64,000 nt of DNA from Antedon mediterranea (Eukaryota; Animalia; Echinodermata), in contig NC_092672.1 of NCBI RefSeq assembly GCF_964355755.1, positions 31,316,437 through 31,380,436 on the forward strand. The letters run 5' to 3'. The first letter of the stretch is position 1; each line of letters begins with the position of its first letter. The notes under the pieces are model-generated. The model was not told the DNA's origin. It searched no databases and worked only from the letters and a program-made list of their open reading frames with translations. Both the position numbers and the translations under genes were made by a program. This document shows, in pieces, positions 11,001 to 22,039 of this stretch.

Positions 11001-14000
11001 CGTTGAATTAAACTGTTTATTTTGTCATTATGTTGATATAAAGTTTGCGTTAATTCTGAAGAGAACTGTTTGGTTTCTCGACGTTTCAATCAATATACCT
11101 TGATTTAAAGTTTGCGGTACACATATATTTAGTTATAGTTTTCTCGTTGTGTAATTTATTGCAATGAATGTGGTATGTCACTCTCTTAAAAACCATAAAT
11201 AGCATTAATCTAAATGCCAACTTTATGTCTCTATGTAGACAGTTTCCTGAGCCAGTATCAGTTTCTTGGTGTTTCAATCAATATACTTTTGTCGTTCTCA
11301 CAACTCTAAACATATTCAAAAGGATCCTATCTAACTGTTAAGATATATGTCATTTATAACTGTATTAAACATTGTACTGTGTCTTGGTTTGCAGGGAGAT
11401 CCTATCTAGCTATTGAACCATGTATTGTTACTCAGTTGAAAAAAGTAGTTCAAGATGAGAAGCTGGATTTAATAACTAGAGAGAATGCTCTTGGTGCAAT
11501 GCAGAAACTCAGTTTAAGGTTAGTTTAAGCATGGATTAAAGAATAGAAGGATATGCATCGACGTGAGATCAAGGGTTCCTTGACAGACCGCGGACCGCCC
11601 ACAATGTTACAGTTTAATTAACCGCATGGTAACAACGAAACGGTCGCGCGCCTAATATATTGTTTACTGCACATGTGCAACGACATTTAACCTTGTTGGC
11701 TACGCTTGTTTCGCGCTTTCTTTGGTGGTGGCATGATGTTTGTAGATAGTCAACTATTGACTATGTTGTAATTAGTATAGGTTTCTGCCGCGATTGATCT
11801 ACGCTAATGATTTTTTATGATTAAAGTAGCATTTTATGACCTGTAGTAGCCCTACATCTGAGACAATAACTATTTGTTGTCTCATTTGTTGTAAAATTAC
11901 AAAATCAGCAAGAATGCTAGCCTAGGCCCAGGCCTTCTACTAACGAGGCTAAACTGGGCTAGTAAACCCTATGATTTGCTGACATTGATACTGCCTAGGT
12001 AGGGCCTAGGCTAATCTTAAATGTAGTAGATACAACGTGTAATCTATATACTCACCGTTGTCTTACTTCTTGTGTGAATAATAATAGGTAGGCCTACTTC
12101 GTTTGTTCGTGATCAAGTTTGCCCTGCGTGTACTTTTCAAAACGACCGCTAGGTAACGAATCGCAACTATACATAGCCAGCCAATCCCGAATCAGGGATC
12201 GCTGTTTTCATTCAATTAGGCCTGGTGATTGGATGTGATGTGGATGACATAACCACTAGCCAATCACCAGGCACTACAGTTTAAATATAATCACATCGAT
12301 AATTAAGGAGATTTATGAAGAAACCACTGCTTAGCCATATATTAAAAACACGATTGTTGTATGTCTGAACACCGGCCACGCTAACAACATACATGGTCAA
12401 ATGCATAATTTAATATTCTATAGATTAACGCAAGTTTTAATGACAGAAGATGGCAGGCAAATAATGATTTGTATTTGTATTTTGTATTAATATTTGTCCT
12501 CAGTGAGGAAATTCGGATTAGGCCCTCCACGGACCCACGGCAGCCAGCAGTGCAGCGCCTACCAGATTAGGCAATGAGAGTTAAAGCATCTTGCCTAAGG
12601 ATGCAATTAGTATGGTACAGATAACCTCGAACCCATGCCTATCACATGCTAGTCCGATATTACCATTACACCATCACTCTCCAGTATATACAGCACCCGC
12701 CACGATTTCTAGACGGTCTCCCATCCAGAACGCAACCGGGCCCAACGTTGCTTAACTTCGGTGATCTGACGAGAACCGGTGTTTCAACGCAGTATGGCCG
12801 TATAATTCAAATATAAAAATTGCATATTTTATTAATATTACCAACTACTTAAAATTACCAGTCGTAAGAAAGTGAACTTTTCGTAGTTCGATTGTGATGA
12901 AACTAAAACAGAATTATTCAGCAATATATGTTTGTTGTCAATTAATCATCGACGCAGACATGTCAATAGAACATTCAGACTGCGCATACGATTTCTACAT
13001 GGTTACGTTTTGGTCTCAAAAAATGTAACAGTTGATTCGCAGCGTTTTACAGAGGGCCGCGGTTAGAGACACGGAGTTCAATGGACGTGTTTGTTTGATT
13101 GGCAGCAGTGCTTTAGTATAGGCAAGCGCGTTGTAAAATCGTTTGATGTCACCGTCGATGCATATCCTTCTATTCTTTAATCCATGTTTTTTATCGCTAA
13201 ACAAGCTGTCGAATAACTTAACATTCATTGGGGCAATAATTTATTTAATGGAATTGAAAAAAATGTATATTACAGTGAATATTGTAATAATAAGTTTGTA
13301 TTCCTTTACACAGTAAATTGTTGTACTAAGTTAGTGTCCGCTGTCCCAAAATACTGGAACCCCCATCGGTACCTAAGAAGTAATGGTTGACCATACTTAT
13401 AAATAAAACTAAAAATGTTCTGTTTTTGGGTTATCATTTCCTCCGAAGAGGATGGGCCGATCCTGGAGGTACTGCAATACCAGGCCAACCCGTGGCCAGG
13501 ATGGAGCAAGCTCCTATTCCATGGCCTAGGTTCAAAAATCAGTTTAATATAGAAGCTACTCGATGAGTAGCGTTTCAGATATTAAGCTGAAAAGAACAGA
13601 TACTACACATGATCTTAGCCAAAAGGCCGAGAAGCGATACCATGTTCTGGTATCTTTCAGTATATATATGACCAAATGCTATGTTGATTAAGTAGTGTCA
13701 TAAAATTTAAATATCCAAAAACCATACAAAAATTTTGGTTTTTATATGTAAAAAACTAAAATAAAATATTTTATTTATTTTTTAGATATGTAATAGTCTT
13801 TAATAAAATATAAATTAATGAATTATAAGTATAAAATACTTGAAAACACATATTTAAAGCATATGCAAATTTTGACCCTTATCTGACCTCATTGATTATT
13901 GTGCTTGTCGTTCAGTCATGCATGATTGAGTATTCATTGTGCAATGGTTAGCTTTTCTTGTACAATAGAATTCCCAAATACAATACTTACTAGATACAAA

Positions 14001-17000
14001 TTTATTTATACAGTAGTACAAAAAAAAAAAAATCATTTATGTATTTTTTTTCCAAAGAAACAAAACTGTAATATGTTTATTGATTAATAGTTAAAGAGTT
14101 TATCGTACAATGTATTTTTATTATTGTTTCACTGTATTTTCAAATAATTTTTTACTTCTTTTTTAATGTATTTTAAAATGTACCTGATGTAGACAAATAT
14201 ATAAAAATGCATGATACAGCTTTTTAAAAAATATTTGTTATTTCTTTTTATAGACGTGGACCACAAAATGCTATGATAGAAAACGGCCTTGTTGATTGGC
14301 TGGTTTCTGTCCTTGAGGAACATGAGAACCAATCAGATTATATTTTAGAATTCTCAGCTGCTTTAACAATGAACCTGTGCTTAAGAACTGCTGGTAAGTT
14401 GTGTGTATTTATTCGGATAAATGCCGCTGGTTTTATTATATTTTATTATGCTGTTAATATTTACCTGAAAAACTGTAATTCAAAGCAAAAGTCAATTTGT
14501 CAGACACTGAATTTTTTTGTTAAATTTATCTGCATTTATTTTGTCTTTTTATAATTGTAAAATCTTTATTTTTTTGTTTTTTTGTTTTTGTTTTTTTTTT
14601 CAGTGAATAAAGTGAATACATTATAAAATAATTATATAGTATTATTTATTTTTTATTTATCTTCATTTTTTTTGTTTTTTGGGGGACAATATGCAATTAA
14701 TTAAACCATCTATAAGAATTTTATATTATTTTTTATTTTATTTTCTTAATGTTCACTATAAATTGTTATGTAAATCAAATTTTATATTGTTATATATATA
14801 TATAAAATGAAGGGCTAGTGTTGCCCGAAAGCTCTGCTAACTTTTCTGGCTGTTTACTTTATCGTTTTGATTTAGCTTTTCGCTTTTTATTTTTTTATCT
14901 CCATTGAGATCCAGCCTCTGATACCCACAGCATTGTCATTTTTTTCAGTAATTTGCCTTTGGATTTATATATTTTTTATGTATATATGGCGATTCTGTAT
15001 TCAACACTGTTGGATTTTGAATAAATAAAAACTACAAAAATATCTTCTCATTTATTCGGAACTTATTACATATTTTTTATTCTATTAGGTAAGAGGCAAT
15101 GCATCAAAATGAGAGGAAAAATATTAAAAGTTCTACTGGATATATTCGACCACCAAGAGGTAATTTTTTTTTTTTTTTTATATTAATTAGATTATCCGTT
15201 GTATTAAATTCTAATAACTTTTAATTAGTATATCATAATTTCTATGTATATTTTTTATGCAAATGGAAGTAATTTTCCACTGATGAATAAATGTATGAAC
15301 ATTGTTTTTTTTTTCAAATATTTTTTGTTTTTTTATTTATGTACAATATGATAATTTATTGATTGGTACTACACTTTTGTATCAGTGGTACACAAGGTGC
15401 ATCTAAAAATTAAAAGAATATTCTTCTACTAAAATACTACTTCACAACAATTAGTTTACCTCCGCCAAGGAGGTATATGTAATCGGTAGCATGTGTTTGT
15501 TTGTTTGTTAGCAAAAAAAAGTAATTACAAGATCTTTACCAAAATGAATAGACAGATAGATATGTGGTCAAGGACCATTCCATTAAATTTTGGGACCATT
15601 TGGGACCACAGTCCCAATTCTGGACCACTTTTTAGTATACTTTTTTAGACCTGCTAGTGTTAAAAGATAGGACAGAATTTTTCTAAAGCCGGCGAGCAGT
15701 CTTAAAGTAACAAGTAAACTGAAATTGCATTTTCTGGAGAACTACTTGTCCAAAAAACTTCATTTTTTAACAAGAGGCAAGAGTTATAATGTGTGATTTG
15801 TAATTTTAAAACATAATTTGATTTAATGTGCACGTTTTTTGATGCGAGTAGTTTAAAAAACCTGTTTCTTTTCAAATTCACTCGTTTGATTTTCGCGTTG
15901 CTGTTCTATTGTTAGTCAACTGAAGCTATTGTTAATTGAAAGGCTTGTTACATAACCATTACACCAAACTTGCATACACATGCTTGTAATGAAATTAGCC
16001 TAAATCACAAACAGCATTAAGACACACACAAATATATATATTTTTTTTTTTACCGGAGAAATCTTATGTAGGAGAATTTTACAGTAGGCGGAGGTATGCA
16101 CTCTCGGAGTGTCTTTCTAGTTTACAATATAAATGTTCACGGCACCATGTTCACAGACAGACAAAACACAACAGACAATGCAGTCACAAAACTCTTCCAT
16201 ATATTCTACTGTGTATATTATATTTCTGATGTATTATTTCCGATATTAGATTCAACCGTTTCTTAATGGTACACTGTACAGTCTGTTGGACTTGCCTGAG
16301 ATCAGAGAAGAGGCAAAAGAAATGGTAAATAATATTTATTGACAAACACCATTTTTACATCAGCAGCACTCAATATATATGGTATGGCAAAAAATTAAGG
16401 TGTTAAAACATCTTAAAAATGGATTAATACCATAGTTACTCGATGATTAAAATACCAATTTATTTCATTTATTTGTCTCAAAACAAGGACATTTTAAAGG
16501 TATAACTATAAAATAAAAAAAAAGAAGCAAATTACTGACAAAAATGACAATGCTGAGGGTATCAGTGGCTTCGATCTCAATGGAGATACAAAATGACAAT
16601 GCTGAGGGTATCAGTGGCTTCGATCTCAATGGAGATACAAAATGACAATGCTGAGGGTATCAGTGGCTTCGATCTCAATGGAGATACAAAATGACAATGC
16701 TGAGGGTATCAGTGGCTTCGAATGGAGAAATAAATAAATAATAAGCAAAAAGCAAAAAGCTAAATCAAAACAATAAAGTAAAACAGCCAGAAAAACTAGC
16801 AGAGCTTTCGGGCAACACTAGCCCTTCATTATAAAATATACAGGTATAAAAAATAACAGCAAGAAACATGAGACATGGAAAACCAAAAGTGAACTAAATC
16901 AAGTGATAAGAAATGCCCCTATTTGTGTACAATGTTGTTATTGAACACTTACTTATTTTGCAGGGATTGGAGGACATGTTAAAATGCTTTATGGAGGAGG

Positions 17001-20000
17001 AGCCAGATAGTGATCTCAACAGGCAGTTACATTATATCATTAAGAAACTTAATATAGGTTGGTGCTTTGCTAGTAAAACCCAAATAATACAAAAACTCAA
17101 CAGACTTGCCTCAACAGACTTGACAATTCCTAAATAGGAAGAAAAAGAAAAAAAATAGTTTTCTCTGAAATTTTTTTTATATTCTTACTTGTATGTATTT
17201 CATATCAGTATTTTATTTCTATTTTATATACAAAGTATAGTTACAATTAAAGTTGTAACTATGATGTCTACAAAGAGTTACAATTAAAATTGATGATGTC
17301 ATTTATTCTTTTCTTTTCTGTTTTTATTATTTTTTTAGATGCTGTTGCCGAGGAATCTGAATCAGATGATGAAGATGAGGATGAAAATGAGGTATAATAA
17401 CATATAATTTGTTACAATTCTCTGTAAACTTCTATTTTAAAGAAAATGTCAATTTTTTTTTCGTAATATTTTCTTTTTTATTTATTTTACAGGAAGATGC
17501 TGATCAAGACTCAATGGAAGCTGACCTCGACAAAAAGGAGTTATTGCGCCCTCGCTCAGGAGAGTTGACGGGAGACAAACTGTTATATACTCATTACATG
17601 ATGGTAAATTTCAAAAGTATTAAATGTAAATGGGGGTATGATCTGTTACAGTCTACTGGGCTGAATTGCGCACAGGTGTGGACGACACACGCCACAACTT
17701 TCTGCTACTCCCCTAAGGGTCCCTTCATGTCGAGTGCTGCCACCAAACTGCGGCCATTCATCTGTCCGGGTTTTTTCTTGAATTTGGGATTAATACAAAC
17801 AAAATTGTAATCATTGTAACAGATTAAAAAAAGTAATGAATTCTTCCTTAATTTAAAATTATATTCTATAAATGAATGCTTAAATAGTTCTTTTTTTATA
17901 ATTTGTTTTCTTTGTAGGGAAGCGGTGATGGACCAAATCAATCAAATTATAGGTAACAAAAAAGAATTAATAAATAATATAATAAATAACTCAAAATGAA
18001 ATTTCTACTCTGAGTATTTTTATGAATGGTTTTTGATATTTTTTGTGTGGATATTTTCTGATATATTTATTGAAATGCTATATTTTATCTTTATGTGCTA
18101 CTTTGGTAAGAGGATTCACAGGCTCTTGTCAGGGATTTAGTTCACTTTTGTGTTTCCTACCACTTACTTTTTAGTTGTTTGTTGTTGTTGTTTTTGATTG
18201 GCAATAAAGAATAAGAATAAGAACAAATAATTCATAAAGGCTCTAAAACCAGTTCATTGTATTTCGCCGTCTTATAAATAAACAAAACTATGCCATACTA
18301 ATTTATTTGAATTATTTTTTTAACTTAGTTATCCTCAACAGTTTAACATGAATGGACAGGTAATTATATTTGTGATTATTCTTTATGTCTTTTTTTAATT
18401 TATTTATTTTTAAAAATTTATTTATTTAATTTGTATGTAATTATTACAGTATTTTTATTATCTATGGATTCCAAAATAAATAAATAAAAGATTGAATTGA
18501 ATATTTTAATATACAAGTAATTGTTCTCTTCATTGACCATTTCATATTCTATTTTCAATTTTGTAAAATATTTATAATTCGGTTTTTCAACCTTTACTGT
18601 ATCTGTAGAATTCCAGACCGCCAACTCGTTCTGGTAGCCGTGGTGGGAGCCGACCCTCATCACAGACTTCTGCTGGTCAGTTAACACAGCCACCACCGCC
18701 GCTCAACCTAAGTATGAAAACTTTCTTATAATATAGTTACAATAATTTTTTTAAATGCTCATGGCCTAAAAAACAAAATCAACGAAACAGTAGGTAATAG
18801 TTGATGTATTTTATTACTTTGATTGAAATATAAATTACATTGTAATACCCCTATTTAGGATACCCCAGAGACAGGGACACTCTACAGTGAATCAAACAAG
18901 TGGGTAATATATGTGGCCAACACCTAATCAGAGGACACCCTATTAAGGGACCTCTTTGTTGGGTCATGAAGGACCATTAATAATGGTTCTACTATAGTAT
19001 TTTATATTTTTGAAATTATTTTTCTTCTTAAACACTAATTGTCATTGCTTTTCACTTGTGTTTGCCACTCTACATGGATGTATGTGTATAGGTCAGCGTG
19101 TGACAAGTTTTTTTAATTGCCAATTACTATATTTTCATTTCAGAAAAAGATCCAGAAGCTCAACAAATACTAGCGAATGAACTTGGGGTAAGTTTGTTTG
19201 GATGAGGTGGCACTACAGCATGGTCTTTCCATACTTGCCTTCCAATTGAAATTCATGAATTCAAATCATTTGAATACTGTTTCTGAAAACTTCTAATCTT
19301 GGGATTTAGTACTTCAGTAGAACCTTTATTAAGGGGACACCTTTGGGACCCAACAAGTGTCCCTTGAATTTTGGCTTGTTGTAGTGTTGAAACATGGAAT
19401 TCCCCTTGTTGGTTGCCGCTGAATAGGAGTGTCCCCTGAATAGGAGTGTCTCCTGAATAGGAGTGTCCCCTGAATAGGAGTGTCCCCTAATAGGAGTGTC
19501 CCCTGAGTACGAGTGTTCCCTAATAGGTGTGTCCCCTGAATAGGAGTGTCCCCTGAATAGGAGTGTCCTCTGAATAGGAGTGTCCCCTGAATAGGAGTGT
19601 CCCCTGAATAGGGGTGTTTCCTGAATAGGAGTGTCCCCTGAATAGGTGTGTCCCCTGAATAGGTGTGTCCCCTGAATAGGAGTGTCCTCTGAATAGGAGT
19701 GTCCTCTAATAGGGGTGTTTCCTGAATAGGAGTGTCCCCTGAATAGGTGTGTCCCCTGAATAGGTGTGTCCCCTGAATAGGAGTGTCCTCTGAATAGGAG
19801 TGTCCCCTAATAGGGGTGTTTCCTGAATAGGAGTGTCCCCTGAATAGAAGTGTCTCCTGAATAGGTGTGTCCCCTGAATAGGAGTGTCCTCTGAATAGGA
19901 GTGTTCCCTGAATAGGAGTGTCCCCTAATAGGGGTGTTTCCTGAATAGGAGTGTCCCCTGAATAGGTGTGTCCCCTGAATAGGAGTGTCCTCTGAATAGG

Positions 20001-21724
20001 TGTGTCCCCTGAATAGGTGTGTCCCCTGAATAGGAGTGTCCCCTAATAGGGGTGTCCCCTAATAGGAGTGTCCCCTAAATAGGAGTGTTCCCTGAATAGG
20101 AGTGTCCCCTGAATAGGTGTGTCCCCTAATAGGGGTGTCCCCTAATAGGAGTGTCCCCTAAATAGGAGTGTTCCCTGAATAGGAGTGTCCCCTAATAGGG
20201 GTGTTTCGTGAATAGGAGTGTCCCCTGAATAGGTGTGTCCCCTGAATAGGAGTGTCCTCTGAATAGGAGTGTCCCCTAATAGGGGTGTTTCTTGAATAGA
20301 GGTGTCATAAAAGAGTGGTTCTACTGTAGTTTAATAATTTTTTTTAATGGCATAAAGAATTAATAAAGTGATTGTAATATATTATTACAGACGGATCGTC
20401 CTGTTGTGACTGCTGTTGATAAAACTCCCATGAAACCAACAGCTCCACAAAATGGAAGACAGTAAGTACCTTGTTCAATTCTTAAAGATGTATTGTCAAA
20501 ACATGACAAATTAAGATTACCAAAACCACACATATAGGCCATGTTGCAGTTTTAATTAAGTTTAATCACTTCCATAAGTGTAAAAAATAATGATTTCACA
20601 TATAAAAATACAAAATAAATGGTTACACTTTAATCAAAAACCTATCTGACAAAACAATTTGACTTGGTTTTAAATTAGTTTTTTTCATGTCAATACTTTT
20701 TTTTGTGTTGATATTATTATGTGATACTAATATGGCATATTTAACACAAAAAAAAACCCTATTTTTTAAAAGAGACAATATATCTTCAAACATTAACTTT
20801 ACACTTTATTGAAAGATTCACCCAATTCTCTGTAACATATCTCTACATATACAGTATTATTGGCGAAGTCTGTAATACGGTGTCACATGTGTTTTCATTT
20901 GACAGTAATTCTGAATACAACGCAGCTTTTGGTACTAGGCCTAAGATCCCAAGGACACCAGAGGGAGGCCGCCCAGTGAGTAGGGGCATGACTCCTGTTC
21001 CAATGCCTAAACTGTCTGACTCTTTACCTCAGACCAGGCCGCCTAGTGGAGGAAACAAAACAAGTAAGTTATTACAGCTATATCATTTTTGAATCGTCAT
21101 TTTGCTTTTTAATTTATCAATTACAGGATGGATAAACTATTTTATAAGTTGTCATGCTTATAAACTAAGTCTCATTTGAGGCTTAAGGCCAATTTACACA
21201 GACAAGCGGTAATAAGCAGATAACCGTGTACCTTTGTCCCACGTAGAATCTGTATCTATCCCGAGTAGGAACCGTTTGTCCTCTCCACATTGTGTGCAAA
21301 TGGTCATAAGGAATAACATAGATCATCTATATTTTTATTACCATTACCGCTTGTCTATCGAAATTGGCCTTAAGGTAGCTCCACAAAAGATCGCTTTCAA
21401 ATCTATAACAATAACTGCTCTAAACTGTTTTTATTAATAAATAAAAGAATACCGGTAGTGGAGAGCTTGGTGGTTAACATGCTTGCCTTCCAATCCCAAG
21501 ATCTTGGTTCAATCCTGACCTAGTCTCACAACTCTTTCTTATCCACTCCCTACACTTCAAATGAGACTTATCCATTCTGTAAATAGTTCCTCTCTTGGGA
21601 TTTGTGCCAAAAAATGTTTCGTTTCATAGATTTTTATACGTGTATCTTAGTTTGTTATATACATTCTTTTTAAATAGTTAATAAAATGACTGTTTTCATT
21701 TTATCCACAGATAAAAGGAAGTAA
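2086..21724 (+). CDS. ARMC9: LisH/armadillo-repeat ciliary protein ARMC9 (multi-exon)
   Basis: Phase-consistent GT-AG exons: 2086-2163, 2288-2410, 2810-2986, 4145-4393, 4607-4622, 5420-5511, 5803-5877, 6122-6208, 7440-7477, (7628-7648 optional), 9511-9619, 10562-10660, 10776-10866, 11395-11518, 14254-14393, 15089-15159, 16250-16324, 16964-17057, 17339-17391, 17493-17603, 17918-17952, 18329-18359, 18609-18711, 19144-19187, 20391-20461, 20906-21063, 21711-21724 (TAA). The peptides [63 protein letters not shown] and [11 protein letters not shown] match vertebrate ARMC9. The C-terminal low-complexity exons are less certain. Confidence 0.95.
3075..3376 (-). mobile_element. tRNA-derived SINE with L2-like tail
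   Basis: Minus strand: A-box-like TGGCGCTGTGTGTTGG, B-box GGTTCGAATCC, central TCCTTAGGCAAGATACTT...CTCTCCACCCAGGTGTA, and 3' GCGCATTGAG...GCGCTATATAAG plus (ATT)n, resembling the LINE tail at 945-1010. Confidence 0.75.
3545..3946. mobile_element. PIF/Harbinger-like MITE with its 5' half tandemly amplified (~83 bp x4)
   Basis: TIRs AGCTCTGTCTACA and TGTAAACAGAGCT flanked by TAA/TTA. An unamplified copy lies at ~40404-40566. Confidence 0.7.
4394..4606 (+). other. U12-type (minor spliceosome) GT-AG intron of ARMC9
   Basis: 5' splice site GTATCCTTT at 4394. Branch-site-like TTTCTTAAC at ~4586-4594, about 12 nt before the AG at 4605-4606. Confidence 0.85.
4937..5345. mobile_element. MITE with 8-bp TSD (P- or hAT-superfamily-like)
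   Basis: Perfect TIR CAAAGAACTTATAACACAAGAATCTCCTGTTC at both ends. TSD ATTGATAT at 4929-4936 and 5346-5353. Internal ~85-bp direct duplication at 5044-5210. Confidence 0.85.
6290..7378 (+). repeat. C/T-rich intronic minisatellite (~120-140 bp composite units)
   Basis: Repeated CACATACTTCTGCTTTCCCAAACACTTAATTCCTCTTTTCCAAAGCCCCTCCCCACTCTCCAACCAAACACAC..., about 8 copies. It explains the cluster of spurious ORFs at 6043-7381. Confidence 0.9.
8330..8460 (+). mobile_element. Degenerate tRNA-derived SINE head (related copy at ~21458-21570)
   Basis: GGCTTGGTGGTTAACACACTTGCCTTGCAA...GGGTTCAATTC with A/B-box spacing, but no intact cloverleaf. Confidence 0.5.
8766..9269. mobile_element. MITE (Harbinger/ISL2EU-like)
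   Basis: TIRs AGGGAGGTTTCGCAA...CGAAAACGGATAC and GTATCCGTTTTCG...TTGCGAAACCTCTCT. Confidence 0.7.
9654..10196. mobile_element. MITE
   Basis: TIRs CAATAGGGGATTTTATGAAAC and GTTTCGTAAAGTCCCTATTG. Confidence 0.65.
12468..12683 (-). mobile_element. tRNA-derived SINE with (CAAATA)n tail
   Basis: Minus strand: GGAGAGTGATGGTGTAATGGTAA (A box), GGGTTCGAGG (B box), TCCTTAGGCAAGATGCTTTAAC core, then a microsatellite tail. Confidence 0.65.
12687..12804 (-). pseudogene. 5S rRNA-like sequence (diverged copy or head of a 5S-tRNA composite SINE)
   Basis: Minus strand TATACGGCCATACTGCGTTGAAACACCGGTTCTCGTCAGATCACCGAAGTTAAGCAACGTTGGGCCCGGTT...GGATGGGAGACCG...GGGTGCTGTATA is colinear with animal 5S rRNA. 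The 3' half is diverged and there is no T-run terminator. Confidence 0.8.
13448..13638 (-). ncRNA. U2: U2 spliceosomal snRNA, full length, antisense inside an ARMC9 intron
   Basis: ATCGCTTCTCGGCCTTTTGGCTAAGATCATGTGTAGTATCTGTTC..., with branch-point pairing GUAGUA, stem IIa, perfect stem IIb GCUACUC/GAGUAGC, Sm site AUUUUUG, stem III and loop IV UAUUGCAGUACCU all intact. Confidence 0.96.
13661..13669 (-). promoter_or_regulatory. TATA-like element at -23 to -31 of the U2 gene
   Basis: ATATATATA lies 23-31 nt upstream of U2 +1. Sea urchin U2 promoters are reported to need a TATA element at about this position. Confidence 0.4.
14806..14965 (+). mobile_element. Short interspersed element, possibly a Penelope-like pLTR fragment
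   Basis: ATGAAGGGCTAGTGTTGCCCGAAAGCTC... The same element occurs inverted at ~16525-16830. Confidence 0.5.
15455..16121 (+). mobile_element. Helentron-associated non-autonomous element (HINE/DINE-1-like)
   Basis: 5' TTACCTCCGCCAAGGAGG and (GTTT)n microsatellite. 3' subterminal inverted repeat GGCGGAGGTA, hairpin CACTC-TCG-GAGTG, and CTAG in a T context. Confidence 0.75.
16525..16830 (-). repeat. Inverted copy of the 14806 element with an internal 48-bp tandem expansion (x~4)
   Basis: AAAATGACAATGCTGAGGGTATCAGTGGCTTCGATCTCAATGGAGATAC repeated across 16541-16725. Confidence 0.8.
19315..20326. mobile_element. Tc1/pogo-like MITE containing a ~19-bp minisatellite (GAATAGGAGTGTCCCCT core, ~45 copies)
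   Basis: Termini CAGTAGAACC and GGTTCTACTG-TA. The array spans 19420-20300. Confidence 0.8.
21186..21371. mobile_element. MITE with GGCCAATTT TIRs in TTAA context (related copy at ~23362-23567)
   Basis: TTAAGGCCAATTTACACAGACAAGCGGTAAT ... ATTACCGCTTGTCTATCGAAATTGGCCTTAA. Confidence 0.7.
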
Positions 21725-22039
21725 ATCTGTTATTACTGGAACTAGCCGTTTGGATAAAATAGAAGAACACATTTTAAAAATTAATTTATCTAGTGTTAAA
21801 AATTTACATTACAGTATTTTTAGTATAATTATTTAATAATATCAATTTAGTTCAAAATGTTTTTAAAGTGAAATTAATTTATATATTGAAAGAGACCAAA
21901 CAAAATTAAATGTACAGTGTAGACAATAAAAATATATAATTTTATCGGTTTACATTAAAATGGTATTAAAATAAATTAATGTGAATATATTTAAAAAACA
22001 ACATAATCATAGCTATAGTAGAATCCCTCATTTCCATTC

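Larger units (their letters stand above)
11530..13186. mobile_element. Pair of perfect 33-bp inverted termini (CATGG..., P-like) bracketing 1.65 kb
   Basis: CATGGATTAAAGAATAGAAGGATATGCATCGAC at 11530 and its exact reverse complement ending at 13186. No clear TSD, so this could be two separate copies. Confidence 0.55.

Noticed and set aside
1279-13638. A functional splicing cluster (PPIH + U12 intron + U2 gene)
   Set aside because: The co-location is real, but nothing in the sequence links them mechanistically, and U2 does not splice U12 introns. Treated as coincidence unless synteny shows otherwise.
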